Shown here piece after piece: positions 46,055-59,224 of a stretch of DNA of 64,000 bases. Made by a program: the position numbers and the translations under genes. Position 1 is the stretch's first letter; each line of letters starts with the position of its first letter. Source of the stretch: Chrysomallon squamiferum (taxonomy: Eukaryota > Animalia > Mollusca); assembly GCA_012295275.1 (NCBI GenBank), contig CM022669.1, positions 15,934,001 to 15,998,000 of the forward strand, read 5' to 3'. The notes beneath the pieces are model-generated. The model did no database searches, was not told the origin of the DNA, and saw only the letters and a list, made by a program, of their open reading frames with translations.

Positions 46055-46859
46055 TAACAATAACAATAGTACGTAAACAAATAAATTACGTTAAAGGAAT
46101 CGTAGACGCTTCACCTCTAATGATACAAACACTGTTTGACGTATCCCGGCAGACATCAATGCGTCTTATATGGATATCTTTAAGACCTTATTGTTTTTAG
46201 TTCCTAGAGGATAAACAGTATACTCCAGACGGAGAAGACTAAAGAATTTACTGTGTGAAGCCACAAGTCACTGCGTGGAAGGATTAATTTCGTTCTTTAC
46301 TGCTAAATACTTAAAATGGTCCGTCATAACAAGTAATTACAATGAAGTCTTGTGGGGGCTGGAACGTGAGAGGGGCAAATTGCACTTGGTTTACGTGTCA
46401 TGTCGTTATTACGTACAAGGAAGAGAGGGACAAACTGCTAAAGAAAGAAAAAAAGAAAGAAATTTGTAATGATATTTTGTTTGATAACTTTTGTATGTAG
46501 ATGGTAACAGTGTGAATTCAAAGATAAATCATTCGGAACAGTAACCATAAATAAATAATTATTATGTTTGAAAGCAAAGGACATTAATATGTGTGTTAAT
46601 GCGTGTAAATGTGTTTTTTTTTTTGTATCAGTTTACAGAGAGGTGTGTTTAACAATACTGAGCCACAAATAAGAAACGATGCTTTGTTTTAATCGCATTT
46701 ACAACTTGCTGTCTTTGCTGCCAGTTTTATTTAGTAGAAAGGTAAATTAATTTCAGTGCTTCTTTTTGTTTGTTTTCAGTCATTAGTTCGTTCAATGCTC
46801 ATTTCGTTTTGTCGTTTTAATGGTTGTTTTTTTATTAATTTTTTTTTTCTTCGTTCCAG

Positions 46860-47580
46860 ATTTATCGGCATCATTTACCCAATCCGGGCCCACATTTTAT
46901 GTAACCGTCGACGAATCGCCTGCGTTGTCGCGTGTGTGTGGCCGTTTGCTGTCCTGTCAGGAATACCAACTGTGGTCTTCAACCAGGTGAAGATGGGTCA
47001 CCCGACAATAGAAACTCTATACTGCGTCATAACATTCCCAGGGCATCACGACTTCTACAATTCCATTTTCAAATACGTTGAATTTGCACTGTTTTACGTC
47101 ATTCCTTTGGTCATCCAAATGACCTTGTACGCCATCGTTTCCAAGCAGCTGTTCTTGGGCTCTGAGAAGCTTCACCGAAGACAAACAGTTTTAGACGAAA
47201 ACGGATTCGCGAAAGAAAGAACTTCGGAAGCCGTTCAAGCACGTAAAGGCGTTGTGAAGATGTTGATAATGAGCGTTGTGGTCTATTTTATCAGTTATTC
47301 TCCCAATCAGGTGCTGCTCTTTTACGACACGTTCAATAAGCGACATTTCCACGACAGCTGGTCTTTCCGAGTGTTTGTGATGATCATAGCGTACATCAAC
47401 TCGGCGGCCAATCCGATTCTTTACAGCATTTTCAGTCAGAATTTTAGACAGAGGTTCGAAAACGTTCTGTGCAAAATTAAACTGAATATAAAGAAAGAAC
47501 CAAGAAGACCATCCACGTTTAGCACCAGTTCCAGATTTGGACGTTTCACAAGCCTTAATCCTTCGGCAAACACTGATCTG

Positions 47581-47583
<3 letters not shown>
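46860..47583 (+). CDS. GPCR gene B, coding exon 2 (end of TM3 to TM7 and C-tail); spliced product 374 aa, neuropeptide-receptor-like orphan
   Basis: T-rich tract plus CAG acceptor (AG 46858-46859). CG+A restores Arg, giving ER-FIGIIYP. Contains TM4 W (CVWP), ECL2 Cys, TM5 FYVIP, TM6 KML...SYSP, TM7 NSAANPILY and helix 8 SQNFR. Stop TAA at 47581-47583. 401+724 nt = 375 codons; intron is 6029 bp. Confidence 0.95.

Positions 47584-47642
<59 letters not shown>
47582..47642. repeat. Poly-A plus (CA)n immediately at gene B stop codon
   Basis: TAA runs into an A17 run (47582-47598), then (CA)n. Confidence 0.95.
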
Positions 47643-47644
<2 letters not shown>

Positions 47645-48968
47645 TGATACAACAAGGCGTAGTTCATATATTTTAAACTGACAAGGTTCTGCTACAACTA
47701 AAATAATATCCGGCTCTGGATTCGTTAAAGTTTTAAATTTCATTATGAAATTTGATAAATCCTCTTTTTGAACATTTATACATGAAAATCAATTTCATAT
47801 GCATTACTTATATGTCTCACGATATAAATCTAATACGAGTAAAATTAATTTTAATTATATAATTAAATTATATATAGTTTCTGAAAAAACAAAACTTAAT
47901 ATTATTATCCTTTAAATGTCATTAAAAATGATATCATTTCTTTTCTAAATCAGTATATTTGTTTTACATTGAAAAAGTGTCTATATTACAAATGTACTGT
48001 GTTCAAGTAATGGAGTGTGATGTCTTGCACCAACAACCCTTATCATGGACCATTAGCTAACCCAAGTTCGTTATAGTCCATTCATTTAATGAAATATCAC
48101 GATAAAATACACCAACTGAATGTGTCCTATTTTTCAATCAGTGATTCAGTTTTCTTAGCTGAAGCCAGATTGCTAAATAACGTCACTTGTAATTTTATTT
48201 TATTTACGGTTTTCTAATCCAGATATCATGTTTTTTACGCATCGATTTATAAACGTCTGTACTTACTTACCTCTCATATCCATCTGGCATGTTGCAATTT
48301 GAGTAAATCATACTAAAATCTACGACGATCGCAAAACAGAACATTCTAATGGATTCTTCAGCTTAAACACATATTTGAATCATCTGTATATAAAAGGGTT
48401 GGTAACCTTCAAATCAGTCTTACAGTCTGTTAAATAAAAACATTACTGAACAGTCTAATGGCTTCTGACGGGAATCTTCTTCGGGAAGCAGTTCTATGAA
48501 ATACAAATACATGTATAATTCTAACCTTGACCCAATAATGAAATTTACTTTACTTTACTTTATTAACGGATGCTGCAGTTATAAATCTTTCCACAGTAAA
48601 ATGTTAGTTATTGGGTCACATATATAATCTAAAATACCTATGTATTTCTGCATAATTATGTTTGTGTATAGAAACGTATACGCACATGTGAGTCGTTTGT
48701 TACTGTGTTATCTTTGTAATATCGTTAATTCATTGACGTTGTTTCAATTGAAGTTATTAATTGTTACATTTCCACTATTATAATGTTTGGATTAAAGTGT
48801 ATGTACAAAATTATCTACTGATTCGTTAATTAATTCATTTCACCAACATGCTTTTTCTCACTGTTTCTTTCTTTGTTCCTGTGCCTTTCACGTAAACTCT
48901 ATCTACCTACTTACTTATGAACACTTGTATCTGTCTATCTGTCTGTCAGTCTGCCTATCTATCTATTT

Positions 48969-49016
<48 letters not shown>

Positions 49017-49491
49017 GTAAACACACAAGCACACGCATAAATACTCTAAGGCATGCACACACAATAATATGGACACACTCCATACAAAGACATTTTTTTT
49101 CTTAAAGTTTTTTTTTTTTTTTTTTAAAAGATTGTTATTGTAATTTATTTTTTCAGAGCAAGAAAAAATAAGATGAAAAATTCTTTCAAAAAAATAAATA
49201 CTTCTTGATCTGCACACCCATGTTCTAACAGACATAAATAGGTTTTTTCCAATTATCTGACACTCTTAATGTACATTCCAATCCCACAACTGATTGTGTA
49301 TCTCCTAGTAAACATGTCTAGAGCAGAAAAAAAACAGATGTCTGCTTCATAAAACAGACTTTACCCTAACAAGGAAAGGAAATGATGGCGTGGGATGAAT
49401 GCGCTAACAAACAGATTTCTTTATTTGTTTGCCTGTTTGGACTTATTTCTTAATTTTTCTTCTTCTTCTTCTTCTTCTTCTTCTTCTTCTT

Positions 49492-49556
<65 letters not shown>

Positions 49557-49955
49557 CATCATCTTCATCATTGTTGTTGTTATTATTATTATTATTATTA
49601 TTAGTAGTAGTAGTAGTAGTAGTAGTAGTAAGTCATTACATTGTGTACGTTCTTAAAGTCCTAAAAAGAAATTAAAAAAAAAAAAAAAAAAAAAAAAATC
49701 GGGAAGCAAAACAACCAGGTTAAGTTATATTTACTCAATGAATCATCGCATTTCTTGTGCCACAAAAATGATTCCCCAGCGATGCCTAGTTTCCCTGCGT
49801 CAAATTGCCCTTGACATATTTATCACAGGAGTAATCTGAAGTTTGTGCAGCCAGAGATTCTCTTGTTAACCCTGTATTGTCCAAATGACTTCAGTAACCC
49901 ATTTAGTCCTGGTTTTTTTTCAGCGAAACACTCATCCCATGTGTGCTCCGTCTAA

Positions 49956-50046
49956 TATATTTACGTTATTAACTAACGTAACGTAATTAGCTTATACTGT
50001 ATATTTACGTTATTAACTAACGTAACGTAATTAGCTTATACTGTAT
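49956..50046. repeat. Exact 44-bp tandem duplication
   Basis: TATATTTACGTTATTAACTAACGTAACGTAATTAGCTTATACTG occurs at 49956-49999 and 50000-50043. Confidence 0.95.
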
Positions 50047-50358
50047 GTTCCGCTTACGTACACTGACAACGGTAATTGCATTTTGTCTTCCGTCATAACT
50101 GGACACAGCTTACTGGTCGTCAGTTCAATAATGAGTTCAGAGCTAGACGAGAGAGTGGACAGAGAGTACATAAGTCACAGAGTTACGTCTGAGGTTTCCT
50201 ACAGAGCCTCTCATAACACAGTCTCTCTTGTAAACTGCAGTATCTTTAACTCAGTAATAATAATAATAATAATAATAATAATATATTTAGGGTGTTTAGT
50301 TTTTATTTATTGTTTATTTTAACAATAAAGAGCCACAAATGATATTCTGGTTTCTCTC

Positions 50359-50547
50359 TGTCTCTTACTCTGTCTACATTTCTCTTTGGTTCTGTCCCTC
50401 TCTGTTTTATATCTGTCTCTTACTATCTCTTCATTTCTCTCTGGTTCTATTCCTCTCTGTTTTATATGTGTCTCTTACTCTCTATATATTTCTCTTTGGT
50501 TCTGTCCCGCTCTGTTTTATATATTTCTCTCTGGTTCTGTTCCTCTG
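50359..50547. repeat. 55-bp pyrimidine-rich minisatellite, ~3.5 copies
   Basis: TGTCTCTTAC...TTTCTCTYTGGTTCTRTYCC.CTCTGTTTTATAT units start at 50359, 50414 and 50469, followed by a partial copy. Confidence 0.85.
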
Positions 50548-51419
50548 TGGGGGGTTTTCTCGATCGCTCTGTCTCTATTTCTCTCTAACTTTCTCTCCTA
50601 CTCGTTCCTTTATCTCTAACAGTGTCTGAGAAAAAAACACCAAACGTCGAATAATTGACTGTCTTCCAATAATTTCGTTCATGTCTAGAACCAGATTTAT
50701 ATTACACATCATGATGTCAGGTATCAGAAATAAATAAGCAGCTTTGACATTCCTGAACTGGTGTATTCTGATAATTAAATTCTTTTGATAGTCAGCATCA
50801 AAGAAAAAAAAAAAAATAAAACAAAAATAAAACAGGCCCACGCGTAACTAAATAGCCCAGTTTCAAATAGAATAGAAATTCTCTTTATAAACTGTAAATT
50901 TGAGACAAAGCACGGTTTGTCACATTTACGATCGAATGTTAGTAAAACAGCAGCAGACAGGCAAAGACACAATAACGTATTTTTTTTATTCTTCACTCAT
51001 CAGTCTTCGTGTAAAATAAATATTATTATTACCTCAGATGTAGATCTCTTGACCGATCCATGATTGATTACGTTAATTATAAACCTCTGTGATATTTACT
51101 TTCTTACACATTGGAAAGACGACAGGAAAGGGTACTCTTTAAGGAATACCAGCAGGTTTTCTTACTGTTTAACCTTATATATGACTTAATATAAAGGCAG
51201 GCAGAGTAAAGATATGTTGAGTTCATCTTTAAATAAAGCTTGTTTTATTTCTTTCGACACAGATACTTACACGACGAAAATAACACCTCTGGGTATCGTT
51301 GAAAAGTAAATGTTTAAAAGCTTTCTGTCTGGTTCCAAACCGTGACTAAAACATTTTCAACGACAATTAGAATCGATAGAAATTGTATGGGTGTAATTTT
51401 AAATAAACAGATGTCAGAA

Positions 51420-51746
<327 letters not shown>

Positions 51747-52499
51747 GGAAATGGAAATTTCAGTAATATCAGTAGCAAAGTGATTACCATATATATATAA
51801 TTTTTGTTATTATTATTATTTAACAGATAAACAGTGGAAATAACGTATTTAAATATATTGCTTATCTAAAATCTAAACGAAAGCTGGAAAAATACATAAA
51901 TAAATAATCAGATAAATGTAACAGAGGTAAAAAAGTTGATACTTAGTTTTCTTTGCCCGAACACATTTTTGCTGCTGCTTTATTTTTTGTTTTCTTAATA
52001 TATATTTTCTTCTTTCTAAGGATAAATAAATAATATATGCATTTTAAAACATGACCAAAAAATATTCTTCAATCTAAAGCTTTGATTACAAACATAAAAA
52101 GGATGTAATGGCGAAGAAGAAGAAACGGACAGCTTGACACAAACTCATTGTGTGAATTTATTGCTTGGAAACAACAAAATAAAGATCAGTATCACTGATA
52201 TTTTATGTGCATTGGAATACACGTTGACATCAAATTATATTAATAAAATACATATTTTTTTTTGTTTTATTTCTTCCTCTTTATTTCTTTCTTTCTTTAT
52301 TTATTTCTTTATTTATTTATATTGCTTATTTTTCTTGTGCTAACAAGTTTAATTCCTTTATTTTATTTTTATTGCGAGGGTATATTCTTATCAGTGTAAG
52401 CAATAAAAATAAACTACAGTTTGTAAGTCAATATGCATCGTATAAATAAATTGTAGAAGGTGGCGAAAAAAATAGAATAAAAAATAATTAATAATAATA

Positions 52500-52533
<34 letters not shown>

Positions 52534-53349
52534 ATTCAACCCTTTTCTGAAGTATTTTACTAAAAATCCAAACAGTTTATTAAAAGAAATCATAGAAAAT
52601 CTCATCTAGCCTCAAGTGAAGCTGCTTTTTTTCTTTTCATTTTTTTACAATCATCCAACAAAAGTCATGTTATGAACCTTTAGCGCCATATGGCGAAGAA
52701 ACCACGATTCTATCCACTAAATGGAAGCTTTTTTTTTCTATCTCATCGGACGGAATTCTCGAGAGTAATATGGGTTGCCAGTTGTTAAACAGGTCTTTGA
52801 ACAATGGTTACCAGGCCGACACCAATCAGTGGAAATCTTTTCATATCCACGATGGCCCCATTCCGATTGCAATGGCACTTTTGTGAAGAGGAAATTAGCG
52901 CACTGGAATGAAATATTGGTCAACTCTTCCCTCCTGGCATTGCAGTCTGTTGTTATAGTAATGTTCAAGTATAAAGCTTTATTTTTTTTTTTTTTTTATT
53001 TTATGTATCCAGGATTAAATTTCAGGATAAGAAAAGAAAAGAAAAGAAAAGAAAAAAAGAAAGAAAGAAAGAAAGAAAATGAAAAGAAAACATGGTATCA
53101 AAGAATGCGAAGTGTTCCACTGAAAAGAATCGTCTGCTGCTACAACACAGAAGAGGTGAAAAATATTTTCATTATCACTGTTGTGTCTTAAATAAAGAAA
53201 CGTTAAAATTGATTTATTATTTTCATAGTTTATTTTCAGTTTTGCCATTTGGTCTACTTTAATGTTAATGTAAACCCTATCGACAATTAGAATTAGTGAA
53301 ATATCTACTGTTGTTAATGGTACTGCTAATAATAGTGCATGTAGAGTTA

Positions 53350-53690
53350 CTAGCACTACATTCTATATTTATGTTACTACCATTACTACTGCTGCTAGTG
53401 CTACTACATCTTCTACTACGTATTGTTATTATTAGTAATAGTTGTAGTAGCAGTAGTAGTAGTAGTGAATTAGTAATAGCAGGAGCAGTACTAATAGTGG
53501 TATCAATATTAATGATAGTAATAATAATAGCAGCAGCATGAGTAGTAGTAGTAGCAGTAGTAGTAGTGAAAGTAATAGTAATAATACTATCACTAGTAGT
53601 AGTAGTAAAAGTAATAGTAGTAACAGTAGTAGTACTAATAGTAGAAGTAATAACGACAGTAGCAGCAGTAGTGGCAGTGCTTATAGTTCA
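53350..53690. repeat. Degenerate (TAG/CTA)n low-complexity tract
   Basis: Directly visible. Confidence 0.85.
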
Positions 53691-53703
53691 TCATTATTGA
53701 AGC

Positions 53704-53738
<35 letters not shown>

Positions 53739-55012
53739 GTATTCCTATTTTAAACTACATGCTATTCATCTGGATTTCTTATCGTGTACTTTCAAGATTC
53801 TGGTTGAGATTTCCGGCTGATTATCGACCCAAATCCCACTGGAGATTTGCTTTATCAGCGACTCCATTTTTTTTTTGTTAGTCCTAAATTGACCAAATCG
53901 GGTTGTTCATTTTACTTATTAATAGATATTCTGAATACGTGCAAAACTGCAGTTATGCGACACCAAGAACGAAGTGAATTGTAAAAAGACAGTCACAAAG
54001 AAATAACAAATCATTACAGCATTCAGGCAGGCGTGAGACAGACAGGTAGACAGTGAGACGGCGAGCCACTGAAAGTGACAGGGCTATAGATCCATAGACA
54101 CACACTCAAACACATACGCATACATACACATAAATACATACATACATTCATGCACATACATACAAACATACGTACATGCATACACATATATACTATATAC
54201 ACACACAGCCACACACACACACACATACATACATACACATACATACATACATACATGCACATACATACAAACATACATACATACATACATACACACACAC
54301 AGACACACACACAGACTGACGGCCAAAAGATACACACAGAGATGGACGGTTGGACACACAAAGAAACGCGGAATAAAGTTCGTTGAACTGACGACAAAGG
54401 GACGGATGGAAGAACAAACTAAAATAACTTCGTTATAGAACACCAATCCCGCTTTTGATCAACGAAGACGTTTGCATCGTTTTGACATTTCGTGACGTCC
54501 ACTTACTGTGCCTTTTCCAGGTCGCTTTCTAATGTGTTTCTGATTAGTCATTTTCTCCAGGCCACACGTATGACACTAGACGAACTGACAGTAATAGCTT
54601 TTCCAATACACTGATAATGAGACGTATAGTGGACAAAATATCTACGAACTGAAGATGAACGGAAACGAATGCTTGTATCATCTCTTAGAAAATAGACAGT
54701 ATATTGCATCTTATTGTTTGCGTTTTACGCGGCTGTCTTAGATAAATACTCTCATATACGGTTGTGGGGTCGATACGGTTTAGAAATGGCAAGTGTTTGA
54801 AAAAATGATGTCAAGTGGTCAGTACAGACAAAATATTGACATACTTTTTGACAGGAAAAATATATACGAAAGATGGTCACTGATTCTGTATTATTATCAT
54901 TTTAGTTGATTTTGATTTCAAGCAGATGGATAGAGAGACAGAGAGAGGAAGAGAAAAAATAGAAAGAAAGAGTGAGAAAAAGAAGCAGAAAGAAAGAGAA
55001 AGGAGAGTCGGA

Positions 55013-55064
<52 letters not shown>

Positions 55065-56121
55065 AAATGGGAGGGTACGAGAGAGAATGATTTCAATGTT
55101 ACACCGTAACAAACAATATAAGAGAATTTCTTACTCTACGTTGTATCGCGTTCTTATCCTGTGAATTTTAAAAATAAATATATAGAAAATAAATAAATAA
55201 ATAAATATAAAAATACTAAATGTTCCTTATATTAAAAATGTTTATTCAGTATTCTGGCATATGCATTTGTGTCCATTCACCACAGTGATACGGATAATAG
55301 TATATTCTTTTTGTTTTCCATAGATTTCCTTTAGGCTTTTATTTTAAATCTTTGGTGTATTCTTTATCTATTTACAATGGTATTTTGTATTTTATTTTAT
55401 TTTATTTTATTTTATTTCATTTTATTTTATTTATTTATTTATTTATTTGTTATGTTGGGTTTTTTCGAATTATTTTGCGCATGTACCAAGCAGCTCTTAA
55501 AAAAAATAAAATAAAATAAAATTAAAATTTAAAATTAACATCGACAGAAATTAAACAAGACAGCTTAACTAAATATCGTGTTATAGTCACTAATTCTCGT
55601 CAAGATGACGTGATTAAATTTCAGCACGAAAATATCCAATTTTAAAAAGATTTCAAACGAAATATCAAATCTCTAATAAGATATAAACTGAAGATAAGTA
55701 TCAGTTGTATTTTTTTTTTAATTATTAACATCCTTTTGTTGTGATCAGTGTTATCAAACCATTAGCTGCGTATCTTTGATATATGATACAGTTTACAGCA
55801 TCGAAACAAACACTTAAGTGCATCTAGGTATTTTGTATTCATAGAAACATACATACGTACATACATATATACATACATACATAGAGAGCTGCATACCCAT
55901 ACACATGTACACTTTTACATGCATATGTACATGCAAACGTACAAAAGTAACTTTAAACTGATAAAAAGCGGATATCTATTAAAAATTATTTTCTTACTTA
56001 AATGTTCTTCTATTTTCAGATTCCCTGACAAAACAGACATTCTGGTAAGCAATATAAAGAGGATACACAAAACTAAAGAGTATGTTTTAATACCACGAAT
56101 TTGATACCTATGCAACCATGC

Positions 56122-56161
<40 letters not shown>

Positions 56162-56171
56162 ATTGTGTGTG

Positions 56172-56230
<59 letters not shown>

Positions 56231-56511
56231 TTATAATTATGTTTATTTACTTTGTATCAAAATTTGTGTTTCCGTCATCAGTTATATTCATAGCTATCTT
56301 ATATATGACAAAGTGTATGAACAAGAAATCTGTCAGATCAAATACTATTGCTATACTGCTAGTACTTGTACTACTACTAATATGATTATTACTACTACTA
56401 CTTCTACTACTATAATGACCACTACCGCTATTTCTGCTGCTGATGTTGTTACAAATATAAAGAGTCTCACACAGTTTAACATACACTAACAAACTTTAAA
56501 AACACACAATA

Positions 56512-56555
<44 letters not shown>

Positions 56556-56741
56556 CACATTACTGTTCATTTAATCGCGTATGGTATGAACAGGTAATGG
56601 CAAGTTTGTATAGACTCGATCTTTTAAGTTAATTTGATCGACCTCTTCATAGTTCCAACACTGTTTTCTTACTTTTATTATTACTATTGTTATTGTTGTT
56701 GTTGTTGTTCTTCTTCTTCTTCTATTATTATTATTATTATT

Positions 56742-56786
<45 letters not shown>

Positions 56787-57225
56787 CAAATAACCACTTC
56801 TTCTTCTATTTTCCTTTAAACCATTCCTCGACAACCGCCAGAGATCGTGGTTTTCACATCGCGGCTTCTTCATTCACCTGCCAATCTAATTAAAACTAAA
56901 GTCACGTGTTGTATGCTATTTGGTGTTTCAAAAGCCATTTTACCAGCTGAATCTGCGGAAGTTTGTGAGAGTTCTTTCTTTCTATATTGCACGTTTTAAT
57001 CATGTATCTTTTTTCAGATTATTATCATTTTTTGTTGTTGTTGTTGCTTTCGTTGCTGTTACTGTTGTTGTTGTTGTTGTTTTGTTGGGGTTTTTTTTCG
57101 TTACTTACTCCCAATGTGACGTTAATGGTGAAGTAACGATTATCTCCACATGTGCATTATATTAGTGATTTACCTAATAATTATAACTACTGTTTATTTA
57201 TTTATTTATTTATTTATTCATTCAT

Positions 57226-57260
<35 letters not shown>

Positions 57261-58191
57261 TTGACTTATTAATTAATTTATTTATTTATTTGCACTATCT
57301 CTTTCGTTCTCCTTTCTCTTTCTACTTCTTCTGTTCCTTCTTCTGTTTCTCCTTTTTTCGTAATACAATAAACATTAAACGAATTGAATCAAAAGAAATA
57401 TATTGAACACTCGAACAATCGTACATATTATTAATAATCTTCAGAAACATTTTATTTATCTGAAGCACGGGCGACTTTCTTTGACACCTGTTTTAAATTT
57501 TTTTGTTTTTATTTTTCATCCATATAGATTAATTAACTTGTTCGGAATCACAAGGAAAGAAAGGTGTGATTTTTGTAAAAGAAAATGAAAATTAAAACCG
57601 GAATCAGACAATAAAGACGAAAGCAATAAGCTGGAATAAGATTGTGAGACAAAGTAAAAATGAAAAATTGTCAAAGAACTGAGAACAAAAACGAATGAAA
57701 TATCGTTGGGAGAAGAATGACAATAAAAAAATAACAATAAACCATTATAAAAAATTAAATTAATATTAACAAAATGCAAATTTCAATACTGTATGTGTTG
57801 CTTTTTATTATTATTACATTTTTTTTTTTTTTTTTTTTTATATATATATATATATAATAATTATTTCATTTCCGCTACTGTTATTTATAACTGAAAAGAC
57901 ACAAGCTGTAAAATGCTGGCTTAAAGGCGTAGGAACAATATTCTTACTGATAGCCCTGTTTCAGTTTATTTCTCGTTTCCCCCAATCTCCCAGCACAGGT
58001 TTAAGAAATGTTTACCAGTCTTCGAGAACGTGCATGTAATTTATCTCTTCCTCTAATCGATAAAAGTATTATCACGATGATAACAGGGAGTTTTTTTTCT
58101 CCCAAATATCGATGTTACACTATATATAAGTTTTCTATGCGATACCATTCAAAATATGTTTCAGTATCTTTAAAAGGACGTTTGTTGGCTG

Positions 58192-58265
<74 letters not shown>

Positions 58266-59193
58266 CAGTATTATATTATTATTTTTATTTTTATTATTAT
58301 TATTTTTTAATGCATCATTCGTTGATTGTTATTATTGTATGTTCTTTGATATACCTCTGTTTGGTAATTTAAATACTAGTGTTTGAGATTTTTAGCTTTC
58401 AGCTGCAATACACTTTAATTATGATACTCATAATTAGTCGGTCTGGGAGGTAGAAGAACGTAGGCTGTCTTGGGTAGTACCTCTACGTTGAAGTATAGAA
58501 ATCCCAGGAAGTAGAAAATGATATTTAGTTTTGTACATACGAGCTTAAAGGACCCGAAATACAGAAATGACTAAGTGGCTTACATATTATATGATTACCA
58601 TAATCATGTGTAGTGCATGTGCATGCATGTAGTGTCTCTAAATTTTGTCGTTATTTCATTTTTTATTTTATTTTATTTTATTTTATTTTTTTGCTTGTTT
58701 TGTTTTAATTGTCTTTTATTAGGCGTTGCTTATTCTCCAGCACTGAGTAACCGTTGATTCACTTTTTTCTTGTTTTCTTCTTTTTTTTTCATTCCCGTTT
58801 AATACATTACTTTGAATCTAGGTTGAAATATCCATGAACTGAAACGATAAGGTCTTTATGACACCATAAAACGAGATGAAGAATAGGTTTTCTATAAGAG
58901 ATTGACATAAATGGTTATTAATAACAGTTAACATTTCAGCGTTTTCAAATTTGTAATGAAGAGACAATAAATCTGATCTTTTATCAATAAGATTCGTCAT
59001 GATTTTAGAAAATTTGCTATTGAGGAAAGAAGGAACGTTTGTCAGTTAATTAGCTTGCATGTAGCAGAATATCATTAACTTGTTTATTTTGTCATCTTTC
59101 ATCACTCATTAGTTTAGGTAAGACTTTTTTCTTCTTCTTCTTCAAGATAGTTCAATATTCTATTTATTTTCTTTCTCTCTTCTTCTTTTTCTT

Positions 59194-59224
<31 letters not shown>

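Noticed and set aside
46756-46859. N-terminal part of the 275-aa ORF (MLLFVCFQ...FFFLRS)
   Set aside because: It is the intron's polypyrimidine tract. The exon begins at 46860 after CAG.
47581-47600. Poly-A right at gene B's stop, suggesting a retrocopy
   Set aside because: The gene has a 6-kb intron and the A-run merges into a (CA)n microsatellite. It could, however, cause oligo-dT internal priming.
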